DNA from: Methanobacteriota archaeon
Lineage (GTDB): Archaea; Halobacteriota; Methanosarcinia; Methanosarcinales; Methanogasteraceae
Length of the DNA stretch: 36,399 bases
NCBI GenBank assembly: GCA_034659035.1
Contig: JAYEGI010000159.1
Span: forward strand, 1-36,399
Direction: 5' to 3'
Under the pieces are notes generated by a model that saw nothing but the letters and a program-made list of their open reading frames with translations, ran no database searches and had not been told where the DNA came from. Position numbers and translations under genes: made by a program. Positions 1-8,397 of this stretch are shown here, piece by piece (within the stretch, counting starts at the first letter, position 1; each line of letters starts with the position of its first letter).

Positions 1-1
1 G

Positions 2-345
2 GTTACAATCTCTGTTGTTGGGTCGGTTATGGGGAAACGGACGCTCGGACTATATCTTGCAACCATCGCAGGGACGGGCAATTGTACTTAGGCGTGCTTC
101 TGGATCTGATTTACAACATTACTGACATACCTATCCCGGGATTGGACGGATCCATATCAATACTGCCGGAGTGGGCATACATTGCAGCATCGATTCTTTT
201 TGCGCTCCTGATGGTAATCGTGTTCGCACGAAAGTACGTGGCACACCGTTCCGGAGCCGATGTGGACGGTGCTTCTGAGTCCGCGGCGTGTGGCTGCGGG
301 TTATGCGGGGATATAGACAAAGAAAACCGAAATTATAGGTTTTAA
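2..345 (+). pseudogene. 3' part of a predicted permease (ArsP/DUF318, SO_0444-like metal transporter), cut by the window edge, with apparent frameshifts near 77-90
   Basis: Frame 2 reads VTISVVGSVMGKRTLGLYLATIAGT. Removing one base near 77 and one near 90 joins it to AIVLGVLLDLIY, two hydrophobic segments and a CGCGLC tail. Family call is from remembered motif similarity. The frameshifts could be sequencing errors. Confidence 0.5.
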
Positions 346-389
346 GGTCAAAGCCTAACTTTTTTAGGGGATTTTACTTATACACCTAA
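335..389 (+). promoter_or_regulatory. Operator/promoter array ATAGG-N14-CCTAA-N5-TTAGG-N16-CCTAA upstream of the His-rich ORF
   Basis: ATAGG 335-339, CCTAA 354-358, TTAGG 364-368, CCTAA 385-389. The N16 spacer contains AT-rich TTTTACTTATA. Mirror image of the five minus-strand copies. Confidence 0.8.
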
Positions 390-418
390 CAACTAACGAG
401 ATGGGCGGAGGTAAAAAT

Positions 419-595
419 ATGGCAGAAGTACAGGAACTCGTAAAGCATGTGAACGAAGACGTGAAGCATGTTCACGACGATATCGAACACGTGCAAAGGG
501 ATATAGAAGAGGTAAGTGCGCATCTGAAAAATCTTGATGAGCACATGCATAACCTGATGGAACATACGGAAACAATGCAAAAAGAGATTTCGTAA
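419..595 (+). CDS. Small His/Glu/Asp-rich heptad-repeat (coiled-coil) protein, 58 aa, putative metal-binding
   Basis: GGAGG at 407-411 precedes ATG 419. Heptads KHVNEDV/KHVHDDI/EHVQRDI/EEVSAHL/KNLDEHM; 8 His. Has its own operator upstream and a terminator-like hairpin downstream. Confidence 0.75.
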   Translation: MAEVQELVKHVNEDVKHVHDDIEHVQRDIEEVSAHLKNLDEHMHNLMEHTETMQKEIS

Positions 596-627
596 GGTTT
601 GAGTTTTCGTAACCATCTCTTCTTTTG

Positions 628-670
628 GATGCAGGGGATTGTTTCAAGCTTTCCTGCATCTTTTTATTTT
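628..670 (+). terminator. Hairpin plus T-tract between convergent genes
   Basis: GATGCAGG (628-635) pairs with CCTGCATC (653-660), followed by TTTTTATTTT. Confidence 0.55.
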
Positions 671-792
671 AGATCGCACTTTCTCGAGGGTCCATCAGTG
701 AGAATGGTCTGGCTTTGAGCATACTCCTCTTATCATCATTCCATAACCACCCCCCTCGCTCTGAAATGCAGGCAAACCTGTAGCAGCTTTAA

Positions 793-1191
793 CTATGCTC
801 CTGCATCCGGTTCCAGTGTCGGAAAGGAGAGGATGTGTACGCTGACACAGACCGCCATCAGAATCAGCGCAACCTTGCCGATGAAGAACGGGACTACGAA
901 CGCTGCTGAATACCCTATCGTTAAGATCAGGAACAGAATCGACAACGCCTTCGTCTTCATCGGAATTCCCCTCCCTTCGTGCCAGTTCCTGAGGTACTCC
1001 CCAAACCAGCGGTTGTAGATGAGCCAGCGGTACCACCTCTCCGAGCTCCTGGCATAGCATGCAGCAGCAAGCAGGAGAAACGGAGTTGTCGGCAGGAGTG
1101 GGAGAACGATCCCCACACCCCCGATTATCAGGGATAACGTGCCCACTATTTTCAGAAGTAACCCCGCTGCACTGTTTGGTCGTTTGTACAT
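793..1191 (-). CDS. ybaN: YbaN/DUF454 family inner-membrane protein
   Basis: Signature GGVGIVLPLLPTTPFLLLAAACYARSSERWYRWL...FGEYLRNWHEGRGIPMKTK and hydrophobic C-terminal helices. Confidence 0.9.
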   Translation of the reverse strand: MYKRPNSAAGLLLKIVGTLSLIIGGVGIVLPLLPTTPFLLLAAACYARSSERWYRWLIYNRWFGEYLRNWHEGRGIPMKTKALSILFLILTIGYSAAFVVPFFIGKVALILMAVCVSVHILSFPTLEPDAGA

Positions 1192-1208
1192 AAGATTATC
1201 TCTGTCTG

Positions 1209-1263
1209 GTAGGTAAACAAATAACCTTCCCTAATTTTTTAAGGGGAAAACGGTTTTTCCTAA
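1209..1263 (-). promoter_or_regulatory. Operator/promoter array upstream of ybaN
   Basis: Plus-strand reading GTAGG(1209-1213)-N16-CCTAA(1230-1234)-N5-TAAGG(1240-1244)-N14-CCTAA(1259-1263). Confidence 0.8.
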
Positions 1264-1402
1264 CTTATTGGTGCCTGCCCAGGTATCCGGCGGGACTCTC
1301 CCACCACATCACCGCCGACTGTGTTCACTGGAGAGACTTTTCAGGGAGGCGTACTGCTCGATCTGTTCCTTCATCCGGGACTTGAGTGGAACCGGCACCA
1401 TG

Positions 1403-1771
1403 CTACTTAGTTTCAGTCGTATTATCGGGCACATAGACCACCTCGCCGCTATCCAGTAGATATGTGGTACCCAGAACCTTTCCCATGCCGTAAACGTCCA
1501 CATCTGTTATCTTCTGGACCTCTACCGTCTCGCCCTGCTTGATTATGATCTCCATATCCGGTGTCCCAGGGTTCTTCACAATCGTCACATTCGATGTGGA
1601 TGAGACCAGTTCGGGGAGGCTGTGGTAGGTCACAAGCGCAAGCATCAGAGCAACCGCAAAGACGATCGCCACATCAAATAGGTTTGCCACGCCACTTAAG
1701 GGGTCGTCGTCCACGCCCGAACGTCCTCCGAAGTCTGATCGTCGTTTCCTTCCCATAAATCTTGTTTTCAT
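1403..1771 (-). CDS. DUF2149 family membrane protein (HmuV-like, ExbD-analogue)
   Basis: Motif DDDPLSGVANLFDVAIVFAVALM, IVKNPGTPDMEIIIKQG and C-terminal G.VVYVP. Overlaps the upstream MotA/ExbB gene by 4 nt. Confidence 0.9.
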   Translation of the reverse strand: MKTRFMGRKRRSDFGGRSGVDDDPLSGVANLFDVAIVFAVALMLALVTYHSLPELVSSTSNVTIVKNPGTPDMEIIIKQGETVEVQKITDVDVYGMGKVLGTTYLLDSGEVVYVPDNTTETK

Positions 1772-2352
1772 CGATCAGTCACCCCCTCCTTCGCAATCGA
1801 TAATTCTGCCATGTACTCCATGTCATCCAGGTCCTGCGAGTACCACCGCTGCCTGACGCTTGCAACCGTGAGCGCGACCGCACCGATCAGAAGCCCGACC
1901 ACAGTCGATGTGAACGCAATCACGAGATTGTTTGCCAGTTGTTCGATGTTTCCTGCAGTGAGTCCGAGGAGGGCCGGACCCAGTGGTATCAGCGTTCCCA
2001 TCAGGCCCAGCATCGGACCAATCCGTATCAGAAGGCGGGTATTTCCGAGTTTCCTTCCGGCTTCTGCCTCATACTCCTGGAGCAGCCGTCCGATCTTCAC
2101 AGAGAGCACGTTTTCATCGAGGGAGTTTTGGTGCTCTGCGACCAGTCTCTTCACTGCCCCACAAAAACCACTCAGATGGCCTCCGTTAAACTTGTCATTG
2201 AATACTTTGCTCCGTTTTGAGTATTCAGCGATCATATCGCCTGCGAACACGAAACAGAGAGCAACCAACAATATCAGCAATATCAGCACAGGATACAGCA
2301 TTGCATTGTTGATCGTAAGCAGAATCTTCATAAGCTCGTCCAGCAGTTCCAT
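1768..2352 (-). CDS. MotA/TolQ/ExbB proton-channel family protein (HmuU-like)
   Basis: RIGPMLGLMGTLIPLGPALLGL...LANNLVIAFTSTVVGLLIG signature with three predicted TM segments. Confidence 0.92.
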   Translation of the reverse strand: MELLDELMKILLTINNAMLYPVLILLILLVALCFVFAGDMIAEYSKRSKVFNDKFNGGHLSGFCGAVKRLVAEHQNSLDENVLSVKIGRLLQEYEAEAGRKLGNTRLLIRIGPMLGLMGTLIPLGPALLGLTAGNIEQLANNLVIAFTSTVVGLLIGAVALTVASVRQRWYSQDLDDMEYMAELSIAKEGVTDR

Positions 2353-2475
2353 TTTATATCACCTTTCCACATATTCCAGACAAAAACATCCCGGTCAGTT
2401 CTTTGTAGTTGAGAGCATAATTGAAAACTTCAATAAAAACACTCTGATTTTTATGGTGGTATGCACATGTTCGAA

Positions 2476-2597
2476 CATTCGTGCAATTCGCGTCATTCGC
2501 TACCATTCGTGATCTCTTGGTGTCGATTTTATGCCAACGGCTACGCTCGCTACGCTCACAGTCACGAATGCCATATTTGAACGAATGGCACGAATTG
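2476..2597. repeat. Imperfect inverted-repeat (REP/MITE-like) element built from ATTCG/CGAAT units
   Basis: Left arm CATTCGTGCAATTCGCGTCATTCGCTACCATTCGTGA (2476-2512); right arm TCACGAATG...ACGAATGGCACGAATTG (2562-2597); GCTACGCTC duplicated in the loop. Confidence 0.6.
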
Positions 2598-2712
2598 AGT
2601 AAATCGACAGAAATCTGCTGTGGTCGAATCGATCTCACACAAGCGGTAAAAGCCACCGGATTGCATTCCCTACCGATGTCGTTTATGTCAATCGCGTTGT
2701 TATGCCTCTGCT

Positions 2713-3852
2713 TCATCGTCTGCTCCTGTTAGCGATTCTGATTCTCCCTCGCATAAATCCGATACTGGTCATGAGCAGGATGAAGAGAAATCCCGGGATC
2801 ATATCGCTCACCGGAAATCCCTTGATCGATATATCCATCTCGCTTACGGGCAGATACGCGGGGACGAGCAGGATCGAGAGGAAATAGAGAAGCCCGAAGA
2901 ATATCATCATGCTTCCCAGATTCGAGGGCTTCTTGCTGAACCGGGTTCTTCGTAAAACCGTGGTTATCACGATAATCGTCGAAAAGAACACACCCCCAAC
3001 TAGTAAACCAGTTTTGAGAGCACTCATACCCGCGATCATAAGAAATGCACAGGTCAGAAAGATCGTTGCAAGCGATACAGGACATGGTAGCGCCATCAAG
3101 AGAAACGTTCTCCTACTGACATCTTTTTTTGTCTGGTTCCACTTCCTGACAGTGTAGAATCCAACAACAAGGAGCGATATCGCTATCGTCAGTTGAAACA
3201 CCCCGAATGCAAGCCCCATCCCAAAGAGGGTGCTTATCGATTCGTAAAGTGCATCACCAGCAACACTGATCACTGCACACATCAGAAACGGAACAACAAG
3301 GTAGACCGATGCGACTGCGAGAATCTCACGTGTATTCAGTCTGGAAAATCCCATCCCAAACGCTGCCTTGCTTGAGAACTTGAGCATACCGACGAATATC
3401 CCGAAGATCATAATGCCGCTTATGAGTGACTTCTCCTTGCACTCCCGTATCTTCGCATCGATCCACGAGTCGTCATAATCCAAATTGTTCTTTCTGTAGC
3501 CATCTCTTGCGAGTTCGTAGTATCTAAGAGCGGTATCACACTCTTTCTGTCCGGTGCAACAGTCACCTGCAAGACGGTAGCTTGAAGCAGCGGATATATG
3601 GTCCCCCGCCAACTCGAAATTTTCGGCTGCAAGAACGTAATGCATTGACGCATTCGTAAGGTCACTTGCGTCTCTGTAGCGCAGGGCAATTCTCCCATAC
3701 AAGACGCCTGCACCATCATAATTTTCCAATTCCGATAACTGTTCGGCATATCCGATGAGTTCCCCTGTGTCGGCATCCGCCTGATCCGCCTGACCGCTTG
3801 CAATCGCCATCGATGAGACGAGCAGGAGTAGTATGCATATTATCCTCTTTAT
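2713..3852 (-). CDS. DUF2162-like (HmuT-like) multi-pass membrane protein with an N-terminal signal peptide and TPR/alpha-SNAP-like helical domain
   Basis: C-terminal ~230 aa has about seven TM segments with K..FG.G and ALPCPV motifs and lies before MotA+DUF2149. N-terminal part has Ala/Tyr helical repeats. Start uncertain: ORF track gives 3909, but the signal peptide begins at ATA 3852 (IKRIICILLLL). Confidence 0.7.
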   Translation of the reverse strand: MKRIICILLLLVSSMAIASGQADQADADTGELIGYAEQLSELENYDGAGVLYGRIALRYRDASDLTNASMHYVLAAENFELAGDHISAASSYRLAGDCCTGQKECDTALRYYELARDGYRKNNLDYDDSWIDAKIRECKEKSLISGIMIFGIFVGMLKFSSKAAFGMGFSRLNTREILAVASVYLVVPFLMCAVISVAGDALYESISTLFGMGLAFGVFQLTIAISLLVVGFYTVRKWNQTKKDVSRRTFLLMALPCPVSLATIFLTCAFLMIAGMSALKTGLLVGGVFFSTIIVITTVLRRTRFSKKPSNLGSMMIFFGLLYFLSILLVPAYLPVSEMDISIKGFPVSDMIPGFLFILLMTSIGFMRGRIRIANRSRR

Positions 3853-3856
3853 CTCA

Positions 3857-5779
3857 TCACTTCCTTCTCGAATATCCGAATATTGTAAACACCAATAACC
3901 CCACCACAATCAGTGTCGCCATCATTGGCGTAGCCTTGATCGATGGAATCTCGATTCCCGAATCGAACCTCTTGATCGTCTTCACCTTCCCGGCCACCTT
4001 CTTCCCGCGAACCATCTCGCCCTTCTCCGAAGTATCCGCATAATTCGAGGCGGTCTCGTAGGTGTTGTTGGAACCGGCGATCTCGGAAAGCCCCTTCTTC
4101 ACATACACATCCTCTGCATCATTGCCTGTGACGGTATTCCCAACAAGCGTGGTGTCGTGCGCCTCGGTTGAGATGCGGATTCCGTTGGCAACAGAGGCAT
4201 CATCATTGTATGTGGAACCTTCTTTGTTCTCTGATGCGTTATTGTACCGGAGCGTGTTGCCGGGACCTCCCACGTAGATTCCGGGACCTTTGTTGTTGTT
4301 TACGATGTTGTTCTCGATAGCAAAGAAACTTGAGAGCTTGCACCGCAGAACGATTCCACCCGCCCCGTTTTCAGTCACCCTGTTGCCGGTTATGTTGTTG
4401 TACTTCGGCTTCATCTTCGTGTATATCCCGGCTTTTGTATTACCATAAACCGTGTTATTTGAGAGCGTGTTGTACTCTCCACCGTAGATAAAAATCCCAT
4501 TCCCCCCGTTCTCACAGCTCGTGCCCCTGCCTTTGTTGTGATGCACGAGATTGTTGCTGATCGTGCTCTCGTACACATACTGCATCTTGATGCCGTGAGT
4601 CGTCGTATCATCGATGTCGTTGCCGTTGTGATGCACGTTGCAATAATCGATCGTATTGTTCTTGACGATATCTCCTTTGATGTCATTTCCCCTGAGGTGA
4701 ATCCCATTGCAGAAGTTTTTGATCTCCAAATCTTTTATAACCAGATCATCGTGTCCTGAATTAAAGATTCCCGCACGCTCGGTCTCACTATCAGTGCAAT
4801 CTCCGGAAATCACGCCGTCCAGCGTGTATCCATTGCCATCGATCACGACACCATCCGCACCGATCACGAGACCGTGTCCTGACATGCAGTTAAGATCATA
4901 GTTAAAGGTGTAGCTCTCAGTAACGATATCGCCACACGCAAATATCATTCCGGGATCGCTCAGAGCTACGCACCCGCAGGTGGGGCTGCCGCGTTCTGTT
5001 TCATCCAGCACCCCGTCACTGGATTGCGTCCCTGATGCGGGGCAGGGATGCGTGCAGGGACAGCCACCGCCGCTGGAATCGGAATCGAGATTAGAATCGT
5101 TGTAGCCCTGCGCAATCGCACAGGAATTGTCACTGCCTGTGTTGCCTGTCCCTGATTCCACCACGATGTCGCCGCGTCGATTGTTGCAGACCGTGTTTCC
5201 GTGGAGAATATTTTCGCTTGAGTTGTCTATGTTTACCCCCATGCCGTTTACCGTCGTTATGCTGTTGTATCCGAGCATGTTTCCATTTGCAGCGTTTGAG
5301 AGAAGGATTCCGTGTCCACCATCGCCATAACCGACGGTATTTCCTGTTATGTTGGTGTGTGTCGAAGAAAATAGCCAGATGCCGCTTCCTTGCGTGTAAT
5401 CGATGATATTATCCCTGATCTCTCCGTTTTTGGCGTCTTTGAAATATATTCCGGAGCAGAACCCGCTTATCGTGAGGTTCATTATCATCACCCTGTCGCA
5501 TCCATCGTTGTGGATGCCTTCCCCGTCGTCGCCATGCTCATTGATTGTGATACTGTGTCCTGCGCCATCTACCGTGATCCCGTCCGCACCGATCGCGAGA
5601 CCGTATTGTTCCTGGCAGATCATGTCTTCGTTGAATATGCAGCTTTCAATCACGGTGTCGCCGCATCCGTAGTCTGTTCCTGTGACAACGCCGATGCAGC
5701 CTGCATGCGCGTTTCCGGCCAGAAAGAGCAGTAGCAGCACCGCAGACATCCGCATCCAGCCATTCATTCTTCGTTCCAT
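3857..5779 (-). CDS. Secreted Cys-rich right-handed parallel beta-helix protein (two beta-helix units, NosD/PbH1-like) with a C-terminal TM anchor
   Basis: Signal peptide ending GNAHA; GI.L/N.I..N repeats; CGD.V.ES..FN.D..C caps; ends LIVVGLLVFTIFGYSRRK. Start placed at ATG 5779 after a GGAGGGGAG RBS. Confidence 0.85.
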   Translation of the reverse strand: MERRMNGWMRMSAVLLLLFLAGNAHAGCIGVVTGTDYGCGDTVIESCIFNEDMICQEQYGLAIGADGITVDGAGHSITINEHGDDGEGIHNDGCDRVMIMNLTISGFCSGIYFKDAKNGEIRDNIIDYTQGSGIWLFSSTHTNITGNTVGYGDGGHGILLSNAANGNMLGYNSITTVNGMGVNIDNSSENILHGNTVCNNRRGDIVVESGTGNTGSDNSCAIAQGYNDSNLDSDSSGGGCPCTHPCPASGTQSSDGVLDETERGSPTCGCVALSDPGMIFACGDIVTESYTFNYDLNCMSGHGLVIGADGVVIDGNGYTLDGVISGDCTDSETERAGIFNSGHDDLVIKDLEIKNFCNGIHLRGNDIKGDIVKNNTIDYCNVHHNGNDIDDTTTHGIKMQYVYESTISNNLVHHNKGRGTSCENGGNGIFIYGGEYNTLSNNTVYGNTKAGIYTKMKPKYNNITGNRVTENGAGGIVLRCKLSSFFAIENNIVNNNKGPGIYVGGPGNTLRYNNASENKEGSTYNDDASVANGIRISTEAHDTTLVGNTVTGNDAEDVYVKKGLSEIAGSNNTYETASNYADTSEKGEMVRGKKVAGKVKTIKRFDSGIEIPSIKATPMMATLIVVGLLVFTIFGYSRRK

Positions 5780-5790
5780 CTCCCCTCCAT

Positions 5791-6681
5791 TCACCCTCCG
5801 AAACTCCCGACCCGCTCTGCAGACGCCATCTCGATGAACCAATCCCACCCCTCCCACACCATCCCGCTCTCCATCACCTCATCAGGCACCGGAACATCAG
5901 GGATCACCGGCACAAAACCCGCGTTCTGGGAAAATGACCTCTGCATACCGGGAGAAATCAGATAATCAGCCACCTTCTTCACGTCTTCGCCATACCCTTT
6001 CTTCAGCAGCATCACCTGCGGGAGTGCGAGCGCACCCTCTTCCGGCAGGCAGAAGGAAGTATTTGCCCCCCTCGAAAACTTTGCAAACGCGAGTGGCATG
6101 ATGCCGATCTCGTACTCGCCATCACCCACCGCACGATTGACATCTACAGGAGCGCCTTTGTATGAAACATCGTCCGCAACAAACTCCCTCCCCTGCTCGC
6201 CATGGCGATGGCTGAAGAAATTTCGAAACAGGATCGCTGGCGGCGTAGTCTTGCCTGTGCAGAGCACTTTGCCCCTGAACCGCTCATCAAGGAGCGACCT
6301 CCACGAGTCAGGAGGGTTCTCCACGTCTTTGTTATGGAATATGAGAAGCGGCATGACAAATACCGGTTTTAAGACCCACTCGCAATCAACAAAGCCTCCT
6401 GATTCAACAAAACTACCTGTGTCATACCTGTAATCCGTATCAAAGTAACCGGTCTCCACCAGATAATCCCGCTCTCTCATGATCTCCGGGCGGGTGACGA
6501 TGAGAAGATCAGGTATCCTATCCACGTTACCAGCCATTATCTCTTTCAGCATGCCATAATCATCTGCACGATGCCCTTTGGACGGGATTATCACCTCGGA
6601 ATCGGGACAACGTCTCTTTATATCAGTCGTCACATTCCTGCTAATATTTACAGGAACTGAAACATATATTCTACTGCACAT
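5791..6681 (-). CDS. ABC-type solute-binding-fold protein (AfuA/PotD-like) lacking an evident signal peptide
   Basis: PPDSWRSLLDERFRGKV, AVGDGEYEIGI, PEEGALALP and DYLISPGMQ are typical of class II SBPs. Start ATG 6681 follows GGAGGT. Confidence 0.75.
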   Translation of the reverse strand: MCSRIYVSVPVNISRNVTTDIKRRCPDSEVIIPSKGHRADDYGMLKEIMAGNVDRIPDLLIVTRPEIMRERDYLVETGYFDTDYRYDTGSFVESGGFVDCEWVLKPVFVMPLLIFHNKDVENPPDSWRSLLDERFRGKVLCTGKTTPPAILFRNFFSHRHGEQGREFVADDVSYKGAPVDVNRAVGDGEYEIGIMPLAFAKFSRGANTSFCLPEEGALALPQVMLLKKGYGEDVKKVADYLISPGMQRSFSQNAGFVPVIPDVPVPDEVMESGMVWEGWDWFIEMASAERVGSFGG

Positions 6682-7486
6682 AGTTACCTCCTGATAACTC
6701 CTTAAGTATAAGTGCTCTATCCGCACCCCAATCCGTATCATCCAGCACCCTCCCCCCTCTTAACTCCTGCCTCATGTCCACAAGGAACCTGTCAATACAA
6801 ACAAGAAACCTTAGTTGCTCCCTCTCGGTGCCGTTGGGTCGGATGAGTTTTAACATCGACCCGTTCTTCATTATCAGTCTCTTCTGTGCGGTAAGCATGA
6901 TTGTTGGATCGTGTGTTGCAATAAGAACCATCTTCCCCTCGGTTGCGAGCAGTTTTATCCCTCTCGTCTTGTCGATGCCCGCATTCTCGATCTCGTCTAT
7001 CAGAACGACAGGCGCATCGCTTATGAGTGCTGCATCGGCTATCATCAATGCTCTCGACTGCCCGCCGCTGAGCGAAGAGAGATGAGTATCCATCGAGATA
7101 GGCTCTCCTGCAAGCTCGTTTGTAAGCGCTATCACCTTTCGCCCGATCTCACCGTCTCTTATCATTAGCCCTCTGCTATTCGCATGGAGATTTACAAAGT
7201 CCCCAACATTCAGGTCCATCACAAAGTGCATATTCTGCGAGAGACTCGCGGTTATCCGGGTGCTGAATGGGTCTGCCACCGCACCATCAACGAGCACCTT
7301 TCTTCCGGACTGCGAGTCTCCGTTTGCAAGCTGCTCGATGTCAGAGAGGAGAAGACTCTTCCCGGAACCTGTGGGACCAGCTATCGCCATGACATCGCCC
7401 CTTCGGATCACCACCTCCTCTATTCCTTCCGGTTCCCCGTTTTTACCAGTTCCTGATAATATTCTCAGTTCATTGATGCCCATCAT
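6671..7486 (-). CDS. ABC-family ATPase
   Basis: Walker A GPTGSGKS, signature LSGGQ, Walker B VLIDEIE, H-loop ATHD. RBS GAGGTGA before ATG 7486. Confidence 0.9.
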   Translation of the reverse strand: MMGINELRILSGTGKNGEPEGIEEVVIRRGDVMAIAGPTGSGKSLLLSDIEQLANGDSQSGRKVLVDGAVADPFSTRITASLSQNMHFVMDLNVGDFVNLHANSRGLMIRDGEIGRKVIALTNELAGEPISMDTHLSSLSGGQSRALMIADAALISDAPVVLIDEIENAGIDKTRGIKLLATEGKMVLIATHDPTIMLTAQKRLIMKNGSMLKLIRPNGTEREQLRFLVCIDRFLVDMRQELRGGRVLDDTDWGADRALILKELSGGNYVQ

Positions 7487-7499
7487 GCCTGATATCACC

Positions 7500-8195
7500 T
7501 CAAACCTCCTGCACATCCATCTTTATCACGTTTCCCATCTGGTACTCCGGACCGATCAATGTCGCGCCTTCACAGTACGAGCAGACGGCAGCAGGCATAT
7601 CAGACCTGAGTTCCCTCTCGGTAAGCGTGTCCACTTCCGGCGCATCCGCAACCAGCCGCTTGAGGTTCAGCGCACCCATCCCGGTCAAGCCGTTCATCTC
7701 GACTATTTTCGCGTGGGGGTTGACCTTCTCGACGTTGGCACGGAAGACTTCCCGCTCTGCCTGCGATACCATGTCGCCCTTCGTTATGATCACCACATCC
7801 GCGGTTGTGAGCATGGGGCCGATCTTTCTGGGCGTCTCAATCCCGCTTAAGTTGTCAACGACTGCGATAGCCATGCAGCCCTTGATTGCGGGCGCACACC
7901 GGTGGCACAATCCCGCAGTCTCTACGATGGTGATATCCGCATCATGCACCTTACCGAATTTGAATATCTCCTCCACGTTGACGACACCATAATGGTCCGG
8001 GCAGACGTAATCGCTCAGCCCCACCACAACAGGAATTCCGAGCTTCTCCTTGTAGGTTGCGCCGTCAGAGGTCTCGAGGCAGTCTATCTTTCCGACGACC
8101 ACCTTCAAACCGTCCTGCTGCTGCAGCCTGATCAGATGTATCATGGAGAGCGTCTTACCTGAAGAAGGGGGTCCTGCTACGGTTATGAACTTCAT
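7500..8195 (-). CDS. HypB/UreG/CobW (G3E) family P-loop GTPase, putative metallochaperone
   Basis: GPPSSGKT, CPDH, ETAGLCHRCAP, TKGD (G4) and C-terminal CSYC. Confidence 0.88.
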   Translation of the reverse strand: MKFITVAGPPSSGKTLSMIHLIRLQQQDGLKVVVGKIDCLETSDGATYKEKLGIPVVVGLSDYVCPDHYGVVNVEEIFKFGKVHDADITIVETAGLCHRCAPAIKGCMAIAVVDNLSGIETPRKIGPMLTTADVVIITKGDMVSQAEREVFRANVEKVNPHAKIVEMNGLTGMGALNLKRLVADAPEVDTLTERELRSDMPAAVCSYCEGATLIGPEYQMGNVIKMDVQEV

Positions 8196-8292
8196 CTTGC
8201 TCCGAATGATTCGCGCTTTGAGACTTTGTATGTAAAAGTGGTATGTAAAAGTCTTTTAGTATCTTTTGGAATTAGATTCGGAAAAATACATG

Positions 8293-8364
8293 GAATACAG
8301 GAAGCACAGATGGATACATAGGAAAACAACAACTCTCTGTTAACCTCTGTGTCCTCTGTGGTTA
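8293..8364. repeat. Degenerate inverted-repeat element of the CACAGA/CTCTGTG type
   Basis: CTCTCTGTTAACCTCTGTGTCCTCTGTGGTT on the right, with a degenerate partner AATACAGGAAGCACAGATGGATACATAGGA on the left. Confidence 0.5.
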
Positions 8365-8397
8365 ATCTTCGTTGCCATGACCCAAAATATCCTTGTC

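Noticed and set aside
2354-2716. 120-aa minus-strand ORF filling the gap before MotA
   Set aside because: It runs through the palindromic repeat element and has no protein-like features.
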